Source: Klebsiella phage SopranoGao. From it: 61,644 nt of DNA. Below the pieces are notes generated by a model. The model did no database searches, was not told the DNA's origin, and was given only the letters and a program-made list of their open reading frames with translations. Both the position numbers and the translations under genes were made by a program. Shown here one piece after another: positions 1 through 12,100 of this stretch. The DNA is taken from sequence record NC_054966.1; one strand, given 5' to 3'. Position 1 is the first letter of the stretch. Every line of letters starts with the position of its first letter.

Positions 1-214
1 TGGTTGGTGGAAGACCCCGCCAGGGCGAATAGACCAATCAAACGACTGTTATGGATACCGCGCCATAACGCAGGGCACCCTCCAGGCTGATTTAACGCCA
101 AAACCTCGCAGATTAAGGGGTTCCTGAAAGATGCCCTGCGTTATGCGTTGTGATGGGGGTTAAGGCACCCCGACCTTCATGTTTTATCCTGCGTCCAGGC
201 ATGACGCTCTACTA

Positions 215-912
215 CCCTGAGCTACACCACAACGATAATCGGAATCACCAGAGCGGAATATTTTTCAACCGGATGTGTACGTCAGGGAGCCTAATTCCGA
301 TTATCGTTGTGAGTTGTGGCGGTGGTGCCTCCACCTGCCGGAACGGCCAGACCCGGCGGCGTCACACTATTAAGAACGCATTCATTTTTAACGTTGAATG
401 GGTTGGCCTCGCCGCGTGCGCATAGCCGCAATTACCACAACGGTCAGGGCGCTGCCGTGCCAGGGACTTGTACCTGGACTAACCGGACGGCTTCACGCCT
501 CAACGCCCTTACCTGTTGTGTGCCGGGATTCCACCGGCTCCCATCTGTTTTTTAAGCCACTCAGATATCGTCTGGGCTTGTTGTGGTGGCCGGTGCTGAT
601 CTCCGGCTTGTATACAGGCACCTTGTTCTTCCGAAGCTCTCCTGCGCGCATCAGCCTGCGCATTCACCACAACGGAAAGAGCACTGGAACTTGGGCTGGG
701 TATTACCGCATGTCTTTCGACTTCGAACCAAGGCTGACATTACCCAATGCTCTTACCTGTTGTCCCCTGTCTGCTTCCAGGGTGCCACACCGTACCGCCA
801 CGATGGTGAATCGCTCGTTCGTGCCGGGTAAACACGCGGCTTGCACATTCCGGCTACCTGCTACGGGGATGATGGAAGCAAAGGCCCGTTCAGACCGCTA
901 ACGGCACATGTG
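215..912. repeat. three tandem divergent ~210-230 bp repeat units (starting ~222, ~431, ~662) in a non-coding flank; each opens with (C)ACCACAACG; units 2 and 3 share AACGCCCTTACCTGTTGT-like 18-mer (513-530, 747-764)
   Basis: direct reading of repeated motifs; no credible ORF on either strand. Confidence 0.5.
228..311. repeat. perfect 18-bp inverted repeat CACAACGATAATCGGAAT / ATTCCGATTATCGTTGTG (228-245 and 294-311) with 48-nt loop
   Basis: exact reverse-complement arms read from sequence. Confidence 0.7.
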
Positions 913-970
913 CCATGCACCGAGGATTTAAATATAGCAAACCGCAACGAGTTGTTGCAACTATAGAACG

Positions 971-995
971 AAAAAAAGCCCGCTGGAACGGCGGG
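971..995 (-). terminator. rho-independent terminator (GCCCGC-loop-GCGGGC followed by T7 on minus strand) ending the lysis/late transcript
   Basis: GC stem-loop plus U-run immediately 3' of Rz stop. Confidence 0.6.
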
Positions 996-1050
996 CATGG
1001 AAGTCGAGCAATGGGATGTTGTTCAGGCAAAGTAACTATAGCATCGCTGT

Positions 1051-1617
1051 TTACCGTTTGCACTGTTTCACTACATCATTGATGTAGCTCTGCAGGTACT
1101 CTATTTTTGTTTCCCGTCGCTGGATTCCGGCCCGGATATCGAGAACAACTGATCCAGCTTCGGCAGTAAGCTCGGCTCCGTCTCCATCGCCCACGCTGCT
1201 GGCGCTGGTACTTCCGCCTGCGGCGTGCTGACGGGCTGCAAGGTTGGCTGTGGCGAGGTTTGCTTCAAGGATCCGCACCCGCTTATTGCCAGTGGCAACA
1301 TCATAGCGCAGAGCAGCATTTTCACGTTCGGCATTTGCTAATTTCTCCTGGGCTTCTTTATCGGCAGCAGCGGCGGCGGCCTGGGCCTGTTTCTGGCGCT
1401 CCAGGGCTTCGGCAGTATCCTGCTGGGCTTTGGTGGTGATCGCTATCTTCTCGCGGTCCCACTTCGCTTTTTCATCAGCGTGTTCAGTTTTGAGGGTCGA
1501 TGTTTTGGCATCGATGCGCAATTCCTGCACATACCACACGGCGAGACACCCCAATAATGTGCAGATAATGCACATTGCGGAGGTTATTTTTGCGGAGATA
1601 AGAGGCGGGATAGTCAT
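1051..1617 (-). CDS. Rz: i-spanin (Rz-like), N-terminal TM plus periplasmic coiled coil
   Basis: TM segment MCIICTLLGCLAVWYV, Ala/Gln-rich coiled coil, GNKRVRI-type motif, embedded Rz1 ORF, last gene of lysis cassette. Confidence 0.7.
   Translation of the reverse strand: MTIPPLISAKITSAMCIICTLLGCLAVWYVQELRIDAKTSTLKTEHADEKAKWDREKIAITTKAQQDTAEALERQKQAQAAAAAADKEAQEKLANAERENAALRYDVATGNKRVRILEANLATANLAARQHAAGGSTSASSVGDGDGAELTAEAGSVVLDIRAGIQRRETKIEYLQSYINDVVKQCKR
1101..1334 (-). CDS. Rz1: o-spanin (Rz1-like) lipoprotein embedded in alternate frame of Rz
   Basis: lipobox LAISGC after signal sequence, Pro-rich mature part, fully nested in Rz. Confidence 0.6.
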   Translation of the reverse strand: MPNVKMLLCAMMLPLAISGCGSLKQTSPQPTLQPVSTPQAEVPAPAAWAMETEPSLLPKLDQLFSISGPESSDGKQK

Positions 1618-1943
1618 TTGATTTCGCCCTCTATGCGCTCTTCATCGGTGGCGACCTTCCCAGCTGCTTTCTTTGCTGCTTCTGCGGCATCTGCGGCCTT
1701 CGTAGCTGCCGCTGCAGCTTTTTGCGCTGCTTGCGGTGCGATGGTAAGGCACATATCAAGCGCAGCCTGTCTCGACTGGCGGGACTCTTCATAGGCTGTT
1801 CGTATGCTGGAAACCTCCGACGCGGCTCGCTTGGAAATAAGCAGGTGGCTCGCGGCAAAACCGGCGCAAGCACCGGCAATGCTGAACAGCGCAGCGATCC
1901 CCCACACAGCCCGGCTGTGACGGATTTTCTTTTCGTCTGTCAT
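1614..1943 (-). CDS. single-TM membrane protein of lysis cassette (holin/antiholin candidate)
   Basis: one hydrophobic segment WGIAALFSIAGACAGFAASHLLI, Ala/Lys-rich tail, overlaps neighbours by 4 nt. Confidence 0.4.
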   Translation of the reverse strand: MTDEKKIRHSRAVWGIAALFSIAGACAGFAASHLLISKRAASEVSSIRTAYEESRQSRQAALDMCLTIAPQAAQKAAAAATKAADAAEAAKKAAGKVATDEERIEGEIK

Positions 1944-2290
1944 GATGTTCTCTCCACGGCGGCCCGGAGTCTCTGGACCTCTTCAGACAATTGCTGATTT
2001 GTCGTCGTCAGCGTCTGAACCTTGTCCTGGATGATCTGGAGCTGAGCGGACAGGTCTGCAATCTGCTTAAACTGCTCGTTGCGCTCCTGCTCCACTGCGG
2101 TAAGGCGCTCCCGGAGGCGGGCGTTTTCCTCCTGAAGAACCTGAATCATGTTAACTTCTGCACGATCCCCAGCCACGTCCGCCGCCGTGCTGGCGAGGGT
2201 CTTTCGGAGCCAAAAAAATCCGCCGATAAAAGCGGTAATGGCTGCACCAATTGCGCCAAGAGTACCACCACCAGGGTTGAACTCGTCCAT
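1940..2290 (-). CDS. single-TM membrane protein with coiled-coil C-terminus (holin candidate)
   Basis: TM TLGAIGAAITAFIGGFFWL then heptad-rich region; directly downstream of endolysin. Confidence 0.4.
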   Translation of the reverse strand: MDEFNPGGGTLGAIGAAITAFIGGFFWLRKTLASTAADVAGDRAEVNMIQVLQEENARLRERLTAVEQERNEQFKQIADLSAQLQIIQDKVQTLTTTNQQLSEEVQRLRAAVERTS

Positions 2291-2862
2291 CAGACACCTC
2301 CGAACTGTTTGTAAGCGGAGGACATTTTCGTGTGGTACGAATTCTTAGCGAAATTTGGCCCATTGTAGATGCTGGCAAACGACGTCCAGTCTTTCGCTTT
2401 CAGCGCTTTTACCAGTCGCGGATCGGCCTTAATGAAGCGAACGAACGTATCGAGCTGACCTGCGGCCTTGTACTGGTCGTTAATGAACGCCTGCAGGGTC
2501 GGATAGCCGAGCGCTTTCCAGTGGTATCCCATGACCTGAAACGACCCCCAGGAGGCGGACTCCAGCGCGCAATCGCGGTCGTATTTGGCTGCGGTATCGA
2601 GACGTTCGTGCTCATCCGCTCCACCGAGATAGCCGCCGGGGGTTGAGCTACAGATACCGGAGGGGATCTTGCTGGTATCGATGCCTTTGGCGATGAGCCG
2701 TTTTTTGAAGATGTGACGTTCGAAAAGGATTTTCGGGCGGCCGTCTGCCAGGAAGCCGTTCCCCGAACTTTCGACGGAAGAAACCGCCTTCACTGCTGCA
2801 ACAGGAACACCGAGCTTACTGGCGGCGTCCTGATAGTCTTTTTCTGTAAGTGACTGCGACAT
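2290..2862 (-). CDS. endolysin, N-acetylmuramidase (Muramidase/DUF3380-type)
   Basis: motifs ILFERHIF, EHERL, SWGSFQVMGYHW; RBS AAGGAG 6 nt before ATG at 2862; 221-aa ORF N-extension rejected. Confidence 0.65.
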   Translation of the reverse strand: MSQSLTEKDYQDAASKLGVPVAAVKAVSSVESSGNGFLADGRPKILFERHIFKKRLIAKGIDTSKIPSGICSSTPGGYLGGADEHERLDTAAKYDRDCALESASWGSFQVMGYHWKALGYPTLQAFINDQYKAAGQLDTFVRFIKADPRLVKALKAKDWTSFASIYNGPNFAKNSYHTKMSSAYKQFGGV

Positions 2863-2950
2863 GCGCGACTCCTTGAAAGGTCGCCGCACGTCTTGCGCAG
2901 CTTGGTAGGTATATTTCGATTTTAGACCGAGCGTTGCCATAACCACAACA

Positions 2951-2987
2951 GACAAAAATAAAAAGCCCCCGGCTGAAACCAGGGGCT
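2951..2987 (-). terminator. rho-independent terminator between giant gene and lysis cassette
   Basis: stem AGCCCCCGG/CCAGGGGCT followed by T-rich run on minus strand. Confidence 0.5.
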
Positions 2988-3114
2988 AGTGGCGGTTCGC
3001 GATGATTACGTGCCGCCGTCACGCGCATACCCGCGCCGAAGCAGACGCGGGGAGGAAAGGCCCGAAAGCCCACACACCAAGCCGGATCACGCGCCAGCGT
3101 AGGTGTGTTCCGTC

Positions 3115-6100
3115 CTACCGATATACCTTACCAGGCTGCTCTTCCTGGAGTCGCGGTATCAGCTTCTGGTTATAGTTCATGCCACCCAGGGCTTGACCGC
3201 GATATTTCTCACGTCTTGAAAGCGAACTGCGGACAGCAGCACCATCGATGCGCATTTCCGGGTACTTTTCAGAGTATGCACGCATCTTATCAGTAATCTG
3301 GTCCACTTTCTTCTCATCACCAGCTTTCCAGGCCTTATAAAAATCGCCCAGCAGCTTACTGCGCTCCTCGGTGATCGCCTTCTGCTTGTTCATGTTGTAG
3401 CTGTTTAACTTGTACTGCTCAGTGACACGCGCTGGCGTGAAGCCCATCGCCTGCTTGAGAACGTCCCAGCCGCCTACCTCATCGACGATAGGATCACCAT
3501 TTTTGGTGGTGACGCCTTCGCTGTAGTAGCGGTAGGCCTTCATCGGGTCACGGATTGCCTTCGGCACCAGGTTTTCCATCCCGCGCCAGGTGTAGCCGTC
3601 CTGGATCTGGCTAATGCCGCGCACGGCAGTGTACGGAATGGATGATGCCGGGCCTAACAGTTGCTGCAGCCAGTACAGGTATGCGGAATCCCCTTCCCGG
3701 TCCATGTCATCGGAACGGAACCACAGATCCCCGAAGCCGATACGGCCCGACAGCTCGACGCCGAAGGCATAGCCAGGTACGCCGTCCATCATGATGCCGA
3801 CCATCGACGGCGGCAGGTACTGGAGAAGCGTCTTTTTCAGCTCCACTTCCGGATCCTCGCCATCGTCAGAGAACATACCGGCGATGACCATCAGCAGGCC
3901 GTATAGCGGCAGGCCGCGAATGCCGGTATTGAACGCCAGCGACCCCAGCAGGCCAATCATCTGTGTCCGCGCTTCGCGACGTTCCTGCGCGTTACGCGGG
4001 TTGATGATCTCGTATGTGGTGTAAGCCAGGTCCGAAATCATGTTCAGCGAGTAGTTGCGGAACACCAGCAGCGCTTTGCCGGTGTTGCTGTGCATGACCG
4101 CCGGGCGGCTGCTGTTCTGGTAGTCATAATGTGAGTCCCAGGTCAGCTCTGACGCCTTCCGGATCGCATTCTGGTGGTCCAGGCCACGCTTACGCGCAAT
4201 CCGGTACGCGGCGAGGAACGTCGCTTCGCGGTTGATGCGCTCAGTGTGGTGGAACATGAACGACATTGCCGCCATGATGCGGGCGCGCGTCGGGCGGTAC
4301 TTGATACCACTATCCGCAATGCCCGCCACATCATGAGACTGGGTACGGGTGATAAGCCCGATCCGGTATGCCTCACTGACGGCCGCTTTTTCCTGCGGGG
4401 TGACGCGGCGCGACTGCTCTGCGAAGGTGCGCCCGTTGGCAAGGTCAAACATCGCCTTATTGATTTGCCCCAGCGCTACCGCCATGCCCCGCGCGGTTCC
4501 CTTGTCGTAGAATGCAGCCAGTTTGGATGGTGCGACGATCACGGTCTGCCCCATGTTCACCAGCGCCGCCGCCGGGCTTTGTGCCAGGTACCACATAAAC
4601 GCACCCTGGGTGGCGACCTGCGCAATGCGGTTGCTGGTCGGGTTCATGACGTACTGGTGGTTCTTCTCGGCCTGCTCCAGCACCAGCCCGCTACGTGTCG
4701 GATTGCGGGTGTATTTGGTCTGGCGCTTCGCCTCGTCCAGCTGGTCCTGCAGATCCATCGCAAACTTCATGCGGGCGGTCTGGTGTGCGCCGTGGAACAT
4801 GTGAGACGCGAACGCACGCAGCGCATCCTCTTCAAAACCGGCGCGGCCTTTACGGTGGATGCGGTTTTTGCGCAGTGACATATCCGGCATACGCTCCAGG
4901 TAGAGCTGCCAGACCTGATCCTGCGTCTCTTTCGCCGCTGGCAGTCCCTTCAGAATGTCCTCGATGCGCGCAACGAACTCCGCCGGAACCTGCTTGCGCA
5001 GCTCTGCGGTTTTAGAAATCAGACCAGTTTCAACATCAAACCCCTGCTTACGCAGCTCCTTCGCTACGCGAGACTGCTGGAAAGGCGTCTCCTGGCGGGA
5101 GAATACCTCGATCTCATTGGTCTTTTTGTTGCGGGCGGTGACGAAGTAATCACCGAAGCGCGCCAGCGGGAAATAAGGCCCAGCCAGGCGGTTGCTTTCG
5201 AACTCCTGGCGCAGCTGGTTAACGCGGGCGCGTCGGTTCCATGCATCGCGACGGCGGGCGTTATCGAGTTTCTTCTTGGCGGCCGTAATGGCTTTTTCGC
5301 GATCCTCTCCCTTCAATCCCTCGTCGTTGATGGCCTGCATCTCGTCCTCAAAATCACGCTGGGCTTCCTTGATGCGGAACTCCATCGCTTTTTCCAGGTT
5401 GGCGACGATGATCGCCTCCTGGGTGTTGGCGAGCTTGCTGTACAGGTCGCGAACGTCGCGGTAGAGCGCCTGGCCTTCCGGAGACAGCTTCTGGAACTCG
5501 GCACTCAGCCTCGTCCATTCCTTCTCGCGGGCAGACTCATCCATCGCCTTTTTGTTGGCCTGCTGCCATTCATCGCTGCTGGTTTTCTTGTCACGGAGGA
5601 TCTTCAGGTCCGCACCATTCAGGCGGCTTTCGAACTTCTCGGACGGGTCAGCCTGCGCCAGCGTGGACTCATGCATGATTTGCATCAGCTGGCTGTTCTC
5701 GGCAGCGTTCTTGGCCCGGTACTTCTGCCAGCGCTGCGCCAGTTTATCGGTGAGCGCGTGCCATTCATCGCGGAACGTGTCCATCTTCAGCTTAATGTCG
5801 GCGTATTCGCCCAGCGCCGGGATATCCTTCGCCACGCGCTTCAGCAGGAAGCGGCCAGGCGTCCAGTGCAGCAGCGTCGGCATGGCAGCGGTAAGGGCGT
5901 CGCCGGTCAGATCGCGGGTTGCGTCAATCTTCTTGCCATAGAAGGCTTCCGCCTCTTTCTTGGCTTCGCCCGGCTTCATGCTGTAAGCCGTATCCGTGGC
6001 CCCTTTTACTGGGCTTTGGTTACGGACGGCACCGGCGGCCAGCGCGCGAAGCTGTGATGGAGTAACGTCGCCCAGCTGCACACTAAACCGCTGCTGTACC

Positions 6101-9100
6101 CAGTTTTTCACGGTACCGATCACGGTTTCGGCCCACTTCCGGATGCCAGGAGGCATCTGCTCGAAGTGCTCGACGGCATACGCGCCCAGCTCTTCAGCGC
6201 GGCGACTGCCTTCCTCGCTCTGCTCGATACGGGTATAGGCGCGATCCCATGCGGTTTCGCGGCCCTCGCGACGGCTGGCGGCCTCCACATACTCATTGAG
6301 GCGGGAGATCAGGTTATTCCAGCGCGGCGAACCGCTGATAGCGTTCATGCCAGAGTGGAACAGCTCATGCATCAACACCGATTGCGCCGTATCTGCTGTC
6401 AGGTTCGACAGCGCCAGGTGGATACTGCCGTCAGGATCTACCCAACCGGCAGCGTCAGCACGGCGGTTTTCCGGCGGTGTGTCGTGAATGACGATCCGCC
6501 CATCTTTCTGCAGTTTCGCCACCAGCGCACCGGCATCGCCGCGCGCCAGGGCACCACGAACAGCGCGGTTAGCCGCAACGGAGTATTGCGGTTTCGGCTC
6601 TTCCGTTGCCGGGGCAGCAACGTTTTCGGCAGGCTTTTCGGCCTTCTTCGGCTTCAGCTGGTCAACCACTTCGGCATGACGCTTACGGGTGTCCTTCAGC
6701 TCCTGCGCTTTCGGCCATTCCGCCAGCTGCTCCTGCAGTTTCGGGATCTCTGCCAGCACCTTCTCACGGCCCTGCTCCATGACGGTGATAGCGTCGCCCA
6801 AATCCTTCACTGCGTTGCTGATACGCATCGTCAGGCCCAGCGGGTCGGCACCGATACCGAAATTGACGGTATAGGAACCAGCGCCCTCCAGGTTGATGGT
6901 GAACTGCTCGGCGCTGGTGCGCTCCATGCTCATCGGGAAATCGCCATACTGGCCGATCTGGCGCTCATCGCTGTGGTTGTGCTCCATATCGGCAGCGATA
7001 GACAGTAACGCTTCGCCTGCGTCCTTACGCTTCTCCAGCTCCTGGCCGTTGATGGTCATAGCGAACTTGTCCGGCACCGACAGGTTTACGTCCTGGCGCA
7101 GCTCGTCCAGAGACTTCGCCATCCACTCGGCTTTGCGGCGCTGCTGCTGGATGGTATCGCGGATACGATACTGATCGCGGTCGAAACCGGCGCGCTCGTT
7201 CTCCAGGCGGCGCATTTTCTGGCGCAGGGTCATCTCTTCCAGGATAAGCGGGTTGCCGCTCGATGCCGCTTTCATTTCTGCTGCGTTTGCAGCCTCGCCG
7301 CCAATATCCTCAACTTCGCGCTGCGCGGTGTTACCCTTGCGAACCTGCTCGATAAAGCGGGCTTTCGCTTCCAGGGTCTGCCACATGCGGCTATCGAGGG
7401 TCTGTTTCGTCGCATAGCGGTAAACGCCGACTTCGAAGCCCTCCGGATCGCGGTCATAGAGCTTGTTACCCTGGCGGATAATGCGCCCTTCACGCTGTTC
7501 CAGGTCGGACGGACGCCACGGCGCGTCGAGGTGGTGAAGCGCAACCAGGCGATCCTGCACGTTCATACCAGCGCCCATCTTCGACGTTGACCCCAGCAGG
7601 ACGCGGACACGGCCAGAGCGCACCTTACCGAAAAGCTCTTCTTTCTGCAGCTCGGTTTTCGCGTCGTGAATGAAGGCGATCTCGTTTTCCGGGATGCCCA
7701 GCGCCACCAGCTTCTGTTTCAGGTCATCGTAGACGGAGAATTCGCCATCGAGCGCGGCCAGCTCGTCCGGACTGAGTTTGTCCAGCTGCTCGGCGGCGGC
7801 CTCGTCGCCTTGCTCGGCCTTCTCCACCAGGTCACGGATCCGGGCGGCCTCTGCTGCCTTGGCATTCTTCGGCGTCGAGAGATCGATAAACACCAGCTGT
7901 GCGCCACGGTCATCGGCCCACTTATCGTAGTCCTCTTTGATGCGGCGGGCGGCCTCATTGGTCTTGCTGCGCTCAAAGTCTGGCGCGCCTGGCTCGATGA
8001 GGCGCATATCCAGCGCCACCTTGCGGGCGTCACTCATGATTTTGAGCATGTTGTCCGCGCCCTTTTCTGCCTTCTTCGGCAGGTGCTCGGCGCGGTAGAC
8101 CAGCGATCCCTGCGGATACTGCTCGATGCCGTTGTTATCGGTGGTTGGCTCCCCGATATAGGTTGCCTGCATGCTGCTGCGCGGCACAACGATGTTGGTC
8201 GGCTTCCCGCCCTTCATCTTCGGCACCGGCAGCTTTTTGCCCTGGGCGGCCAGCTGGCGGTTAATATCGTCGCGGTTGATAACGTCCGCGAACGAGGTGT
8301 AACGCTGCATCAGCTCCGGCATGTTCACGAATTTCGCGAAACGCGCGGTCATCTTGTACTTGCCAGACGGCGAAAGTTCCCAGTCGGTGACAACCTCACC
8401 AAACATGCGCGCCCAGGCGTCGAAGTGGGAAAGCCCCTGCGCCTTCAGGTTGTCGTAGTCCATGTAGCGCTGCATGGTGTACATCTCAGCCATTGTGTTG
8501 CTGATCGGCGTGCCGGTCGCAAACACAACGTTGCGGCCGCCGGTAGCCTTCAGGACGTGGCGGACCTTCATGAACATGTCCATCGCGCGCTGACTGCCGG
8601 ACGCATCGCCCAGGCCTGCGACGTTACGCATGCTGGTGGAGTAAGCCAGGTTCTTAAATTCGTGCGCTTCATCGACAAACAGCGCATCGACGCCCAGCTC
8701 TGACCAGTACAGGGAATCATCCTTGTTTTCGCTGTCCACCAGCTTTTTCAGGCGCTCTTCCAGTGCATCACGGCGCTTTGCAGCATCCTTCACGTTGCGG
8801 CTGCTTTGGCCTTCAGCCTCCCGGATAGCTTCGATAGAGGATGTCAGATCGTCAATCTGCTCGCGGATAAACTCGGCTTCGTGCTCAGGATCTACCTGCA
8901 CCTTGCCAAACGACGAGTGAGCAACGATCACCGCGTCCCAGTCGCCGGTAGAGATACGGGCGAACAGCTTTTTACGGTTTTCCTTCTCAAAATCGCGCTT
9001 CGTGGCGGCCAGCACCTTCGCGCCGGGATACAGCTTCACAAAGTCAGTCGCCCACTGCCCTACCAGGTGGTTCGGCACCGCAAACAGCGGTTTCCGCGCC

Positions 9101-12100
9101 AGGCCCATGCGGCGCAACTCCATCGCTGCAGCGATCAGGGTGAAGGTCTTGCCCGCGCCGACTACGTGATCCGCCAGCGTCGTACCGCCCTGCACAATTC
9201 GCCAGACGGCGTTAGCCTGGTGCGGACGCAGACGGATAATGTCATCGGAGATTTTGCCGGGGAACGTCAGGTGAGAGCCGTCATATTCACGCGGCACATC
9301 GGTGTTGAACTGGTCGTTATAGATACGCGCCAGCGACTGGCGGCGGGCATCGTCAGACCAGATCCAGCGGCCAAATGCTTCCTTGACCGCGTTCACCTTG
9401 TCGTTGGCGAGTTGGGTTTCCGTCTCGTTCAGCGTGCGGGTGCCGTCGCGGTGGTTATCGAAAATCTGGATCGCCTTCTGCGACGCAGCTGCTTCGAGGA
9501 TTGTGCGAACGTCCGCTCGGTCGGTACCGTAGCGGGTTTGCGCTGCCGCCGACGACGCCAGGCCTGGGAATGACCATTTGGCGCTAACCGGGTTATAGAA
9601 TGCCTTCGCGCCGCTGGTTTCCGCAATCATGTCGGCAAACGCGCCCATCGTGTCAGCTGGTAGCCAGGTGGCCCCAGGCTTAACGTTGATGTCCACTGCC
9701 TCGATATCTTTCGGCTGTACAGCCTCCAGCGCTTCAACGTTGCGGTTGAACGCGGCATCGGTCTTCGCCCTCTCGCGGGCACGCGCCAGCTTCGTTTTCA
9801 CGTTGCCGGACAGGTACTCTTCGCGAGTTACCCAGCCTTTTTCCGGGTCGGAGTAAATCAGGTCATCCAGCTCGCGGATAATCTGGCTTTCTTCCTTGCC
9901 GTACAGGTCCGCCATCATCTCGATGTCAACGCGGCCTTTCTCGGCCAGCGATGCGACAAGAGCATCCTTCGCGGTCGCCGCGCTGGTGGGCGCGGTATAT
10001 GGTGACTGGGTGCGGCGACTGAAGATAGCGGCCTTCTTCGCACTCGGCTGGCGGGCTTCCTCGCCGGTTTTTTTGGCGACGGTAGCAGAAAGCCCCTTAT
10101 CGAAATCGTCTTCCAGCGCTGCCAGCTGCGGCCAGGTTGGATCGTCACGCAGTAAGCGCTTGTTCGCGTCCTGGTTAAGATAGCCGTGCTCTTTAACGAA
10201 AGCGTCATAGGCGCGGTTCAGACGCTTGCGGGCTGACTCGATAGCGGCATCGTCCGCCTTCGGATCCAGCTGCAGCTTGCGCAGCGCCGCCAGCTCGTCA
10301 CGAACGCCGATCATGCCGACGACGCGGGCTTTTGCCTTTTCGTTCGGAAAACTGACTGCTGTCGCGCGAGTTTCGCCCAGCTCGTCGCTGTCACGCATCA
10401 TGACGTTATCGCCATCGAGGAAGACGGATCCAACGCGGGCATTCTCCGCCACGACACTGGCCCGACTTTCTGGCTTCACGGTTTCTACCGGTTTAATGAC
10501 ATTTTCCGGCAGACGCTGAATAGCCTCGCCCAGCAGCTGAGAGGTATTTTGCCCCTCGCGCGCAATCAGGGCCGAGTCACCATCACGGTACATCGATCCG
10601 AAAGCGCCGAACTCGCCCAGCATGTTTTCAGGGTGCGTGACGAAATACTTGTTCAGCGGCACGACCTTGCCGTTTTTGTCGGTGAAATCGACGGTTTCCA
10701 GCCAGGAGCTGTTCATAGCGCTGGGCGTTTCATCCGGCTGACGCTTGCGCAGGAAGATAATATCGGTCGTCACCTGGGTACCGGCGTTTTTCGCAAAGGC
10801 GTCATTTGGCAGGCGGATAGCCCCCAGCAGGTCGGCACGGTCGGCAATGTACTGGCGCGCCTTATCGCTCGCCCCATCCATAAACCGGTTCGTCACAACC
10901 ATAGCCATGACGCCACCAGGGCGCAGGGCATCGACGGTACGGGCGAAGAAGTAGTTATGGATGCTGAAACCTGACAGGTCTTTGCGGCGGCCATCGTACA
11001 GCTTATCGGCACCGAACGGCGGATTGCCGATTGCGATGTCAAAATAGCCGTCCGGGATAACGTAGTCCTGATAACCCATGCGGGCGATCTTCGCCTCCGG
11101 GTAAAGCTGGGTAGCTATGCCACTGGTGATGCGGTCCAGCTCGACGCCGTGAAGCGCTGACGCAGCTCGCATATCGGAAGGCATCAAACCAAAGAAGTTA
11201 CCCACACCTACGGACGGCTCAAGGACGCGGCCACCGGTGAAGCCAAGGCGCTGCATTGCCTGCCACATGCCGGAAACGATCTCCGGGCTGGTGTAGTGCG
11301 CGTTCTTCGTGGAGGACGCGGCGGCCTGGTATTCTTCAGGCTGCAAGATATCGTCCAGCTCTGCGACTTCCCTTGCCCAGCCGCTGGTCGCGCTGCCATC
11401 GGTACGCTTGAACGCTTCCGGGATGCCGCCCCAGCCTACATACTTGGCGAGAATGGCCTGCTCTTCCTGCGTAGCCTGGCGGTTCATGCGCTCCAGGTCT
11501 TTCAGCAGAAGGATAGCCGCGACGTTATTGCGGTACTTCGTTTTCTTTCCGCCCTTGCCGATCTCGTCCGCGTCGATATTGAATGCGCGCGCCGGGCGGT
11601 CTTCCGCTACTGTGCCTGCGGTTGGTCGCTGTCCTCGTCCTGGCTGTTCACGATCCGCATTACTTCCTGCATCCTGGCTGCTGCCGGATTCGTCTCGTTG
11701 TCCTGTAGGCTCGCTTCTTCCGGCGGAAACAGGTACTTCTCCCGCGTCATCTCGAACGCTTCGTGCTCGCTGAATCCCTGAGCCTCCAGCTCGCTCACTT
11801 CCTGATACGTCTTCTCCGCTGCTTCGCGGAGAGCGTTGCCCAGCTGGTTCTTCGCTTTCAGCTGCGCGAATAGCGTCGGCTGGTGCTGTTTCCAGTGGTC
11901 TCGCGCCTGGCTCACCCAGTGGTTGAGATTCATTCGGTGTTACCTCACTGTCGAATTGAGCAACCATATCATCGAGAGCGCTGGTCTGCTTCGCTGCGGG
12001 CTGCTGCTGTTGTTCATTGGTATCGAGTTTAGCTAATTCGGTGCGGACAGTCTCTGGGCTGTCCATACCTTCGATAGAAATGCCGCTGTCTTCCATCATA

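Noticed and set aside
150-901. Plus-strand ORFs 150-425, 316-555, 398-901, 583-831 in the left flank
   Set aside because: They overlap one another in three frames and have R/L/T/P-rich non-protein-like composition. They coincide with the tandem repeat and hairpin units, so the region is treated as non-coding.
215-912. Possibility that the left-flank repeats are a CRISPR array
   Set aside because: The units are ~210-230 bp, divergent, and not short identical direct repeats separated by unique spacers. There are no cas genes.
1-1000. Search for a tRNA/tmRNA gene or att core at the left end
   Set aside because: No cloverleaf-compatible segment ending in a CCA-adjacent T-arm was found by eye. 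The repeats there are longer (~220 bp) and irregular, unlike tRNA. The search cannot be completed without tRNAscan/ARAGORN.
2863-2955. N-terminal 31 codons of track ORF 2290-2955 (MSVVVMATLGLKSKY...)
   Set aside because: An AAGGAG RBS is correctly spaced before the internal ATG at 2862. The upstream extension overlaps the terminator hairpin region.
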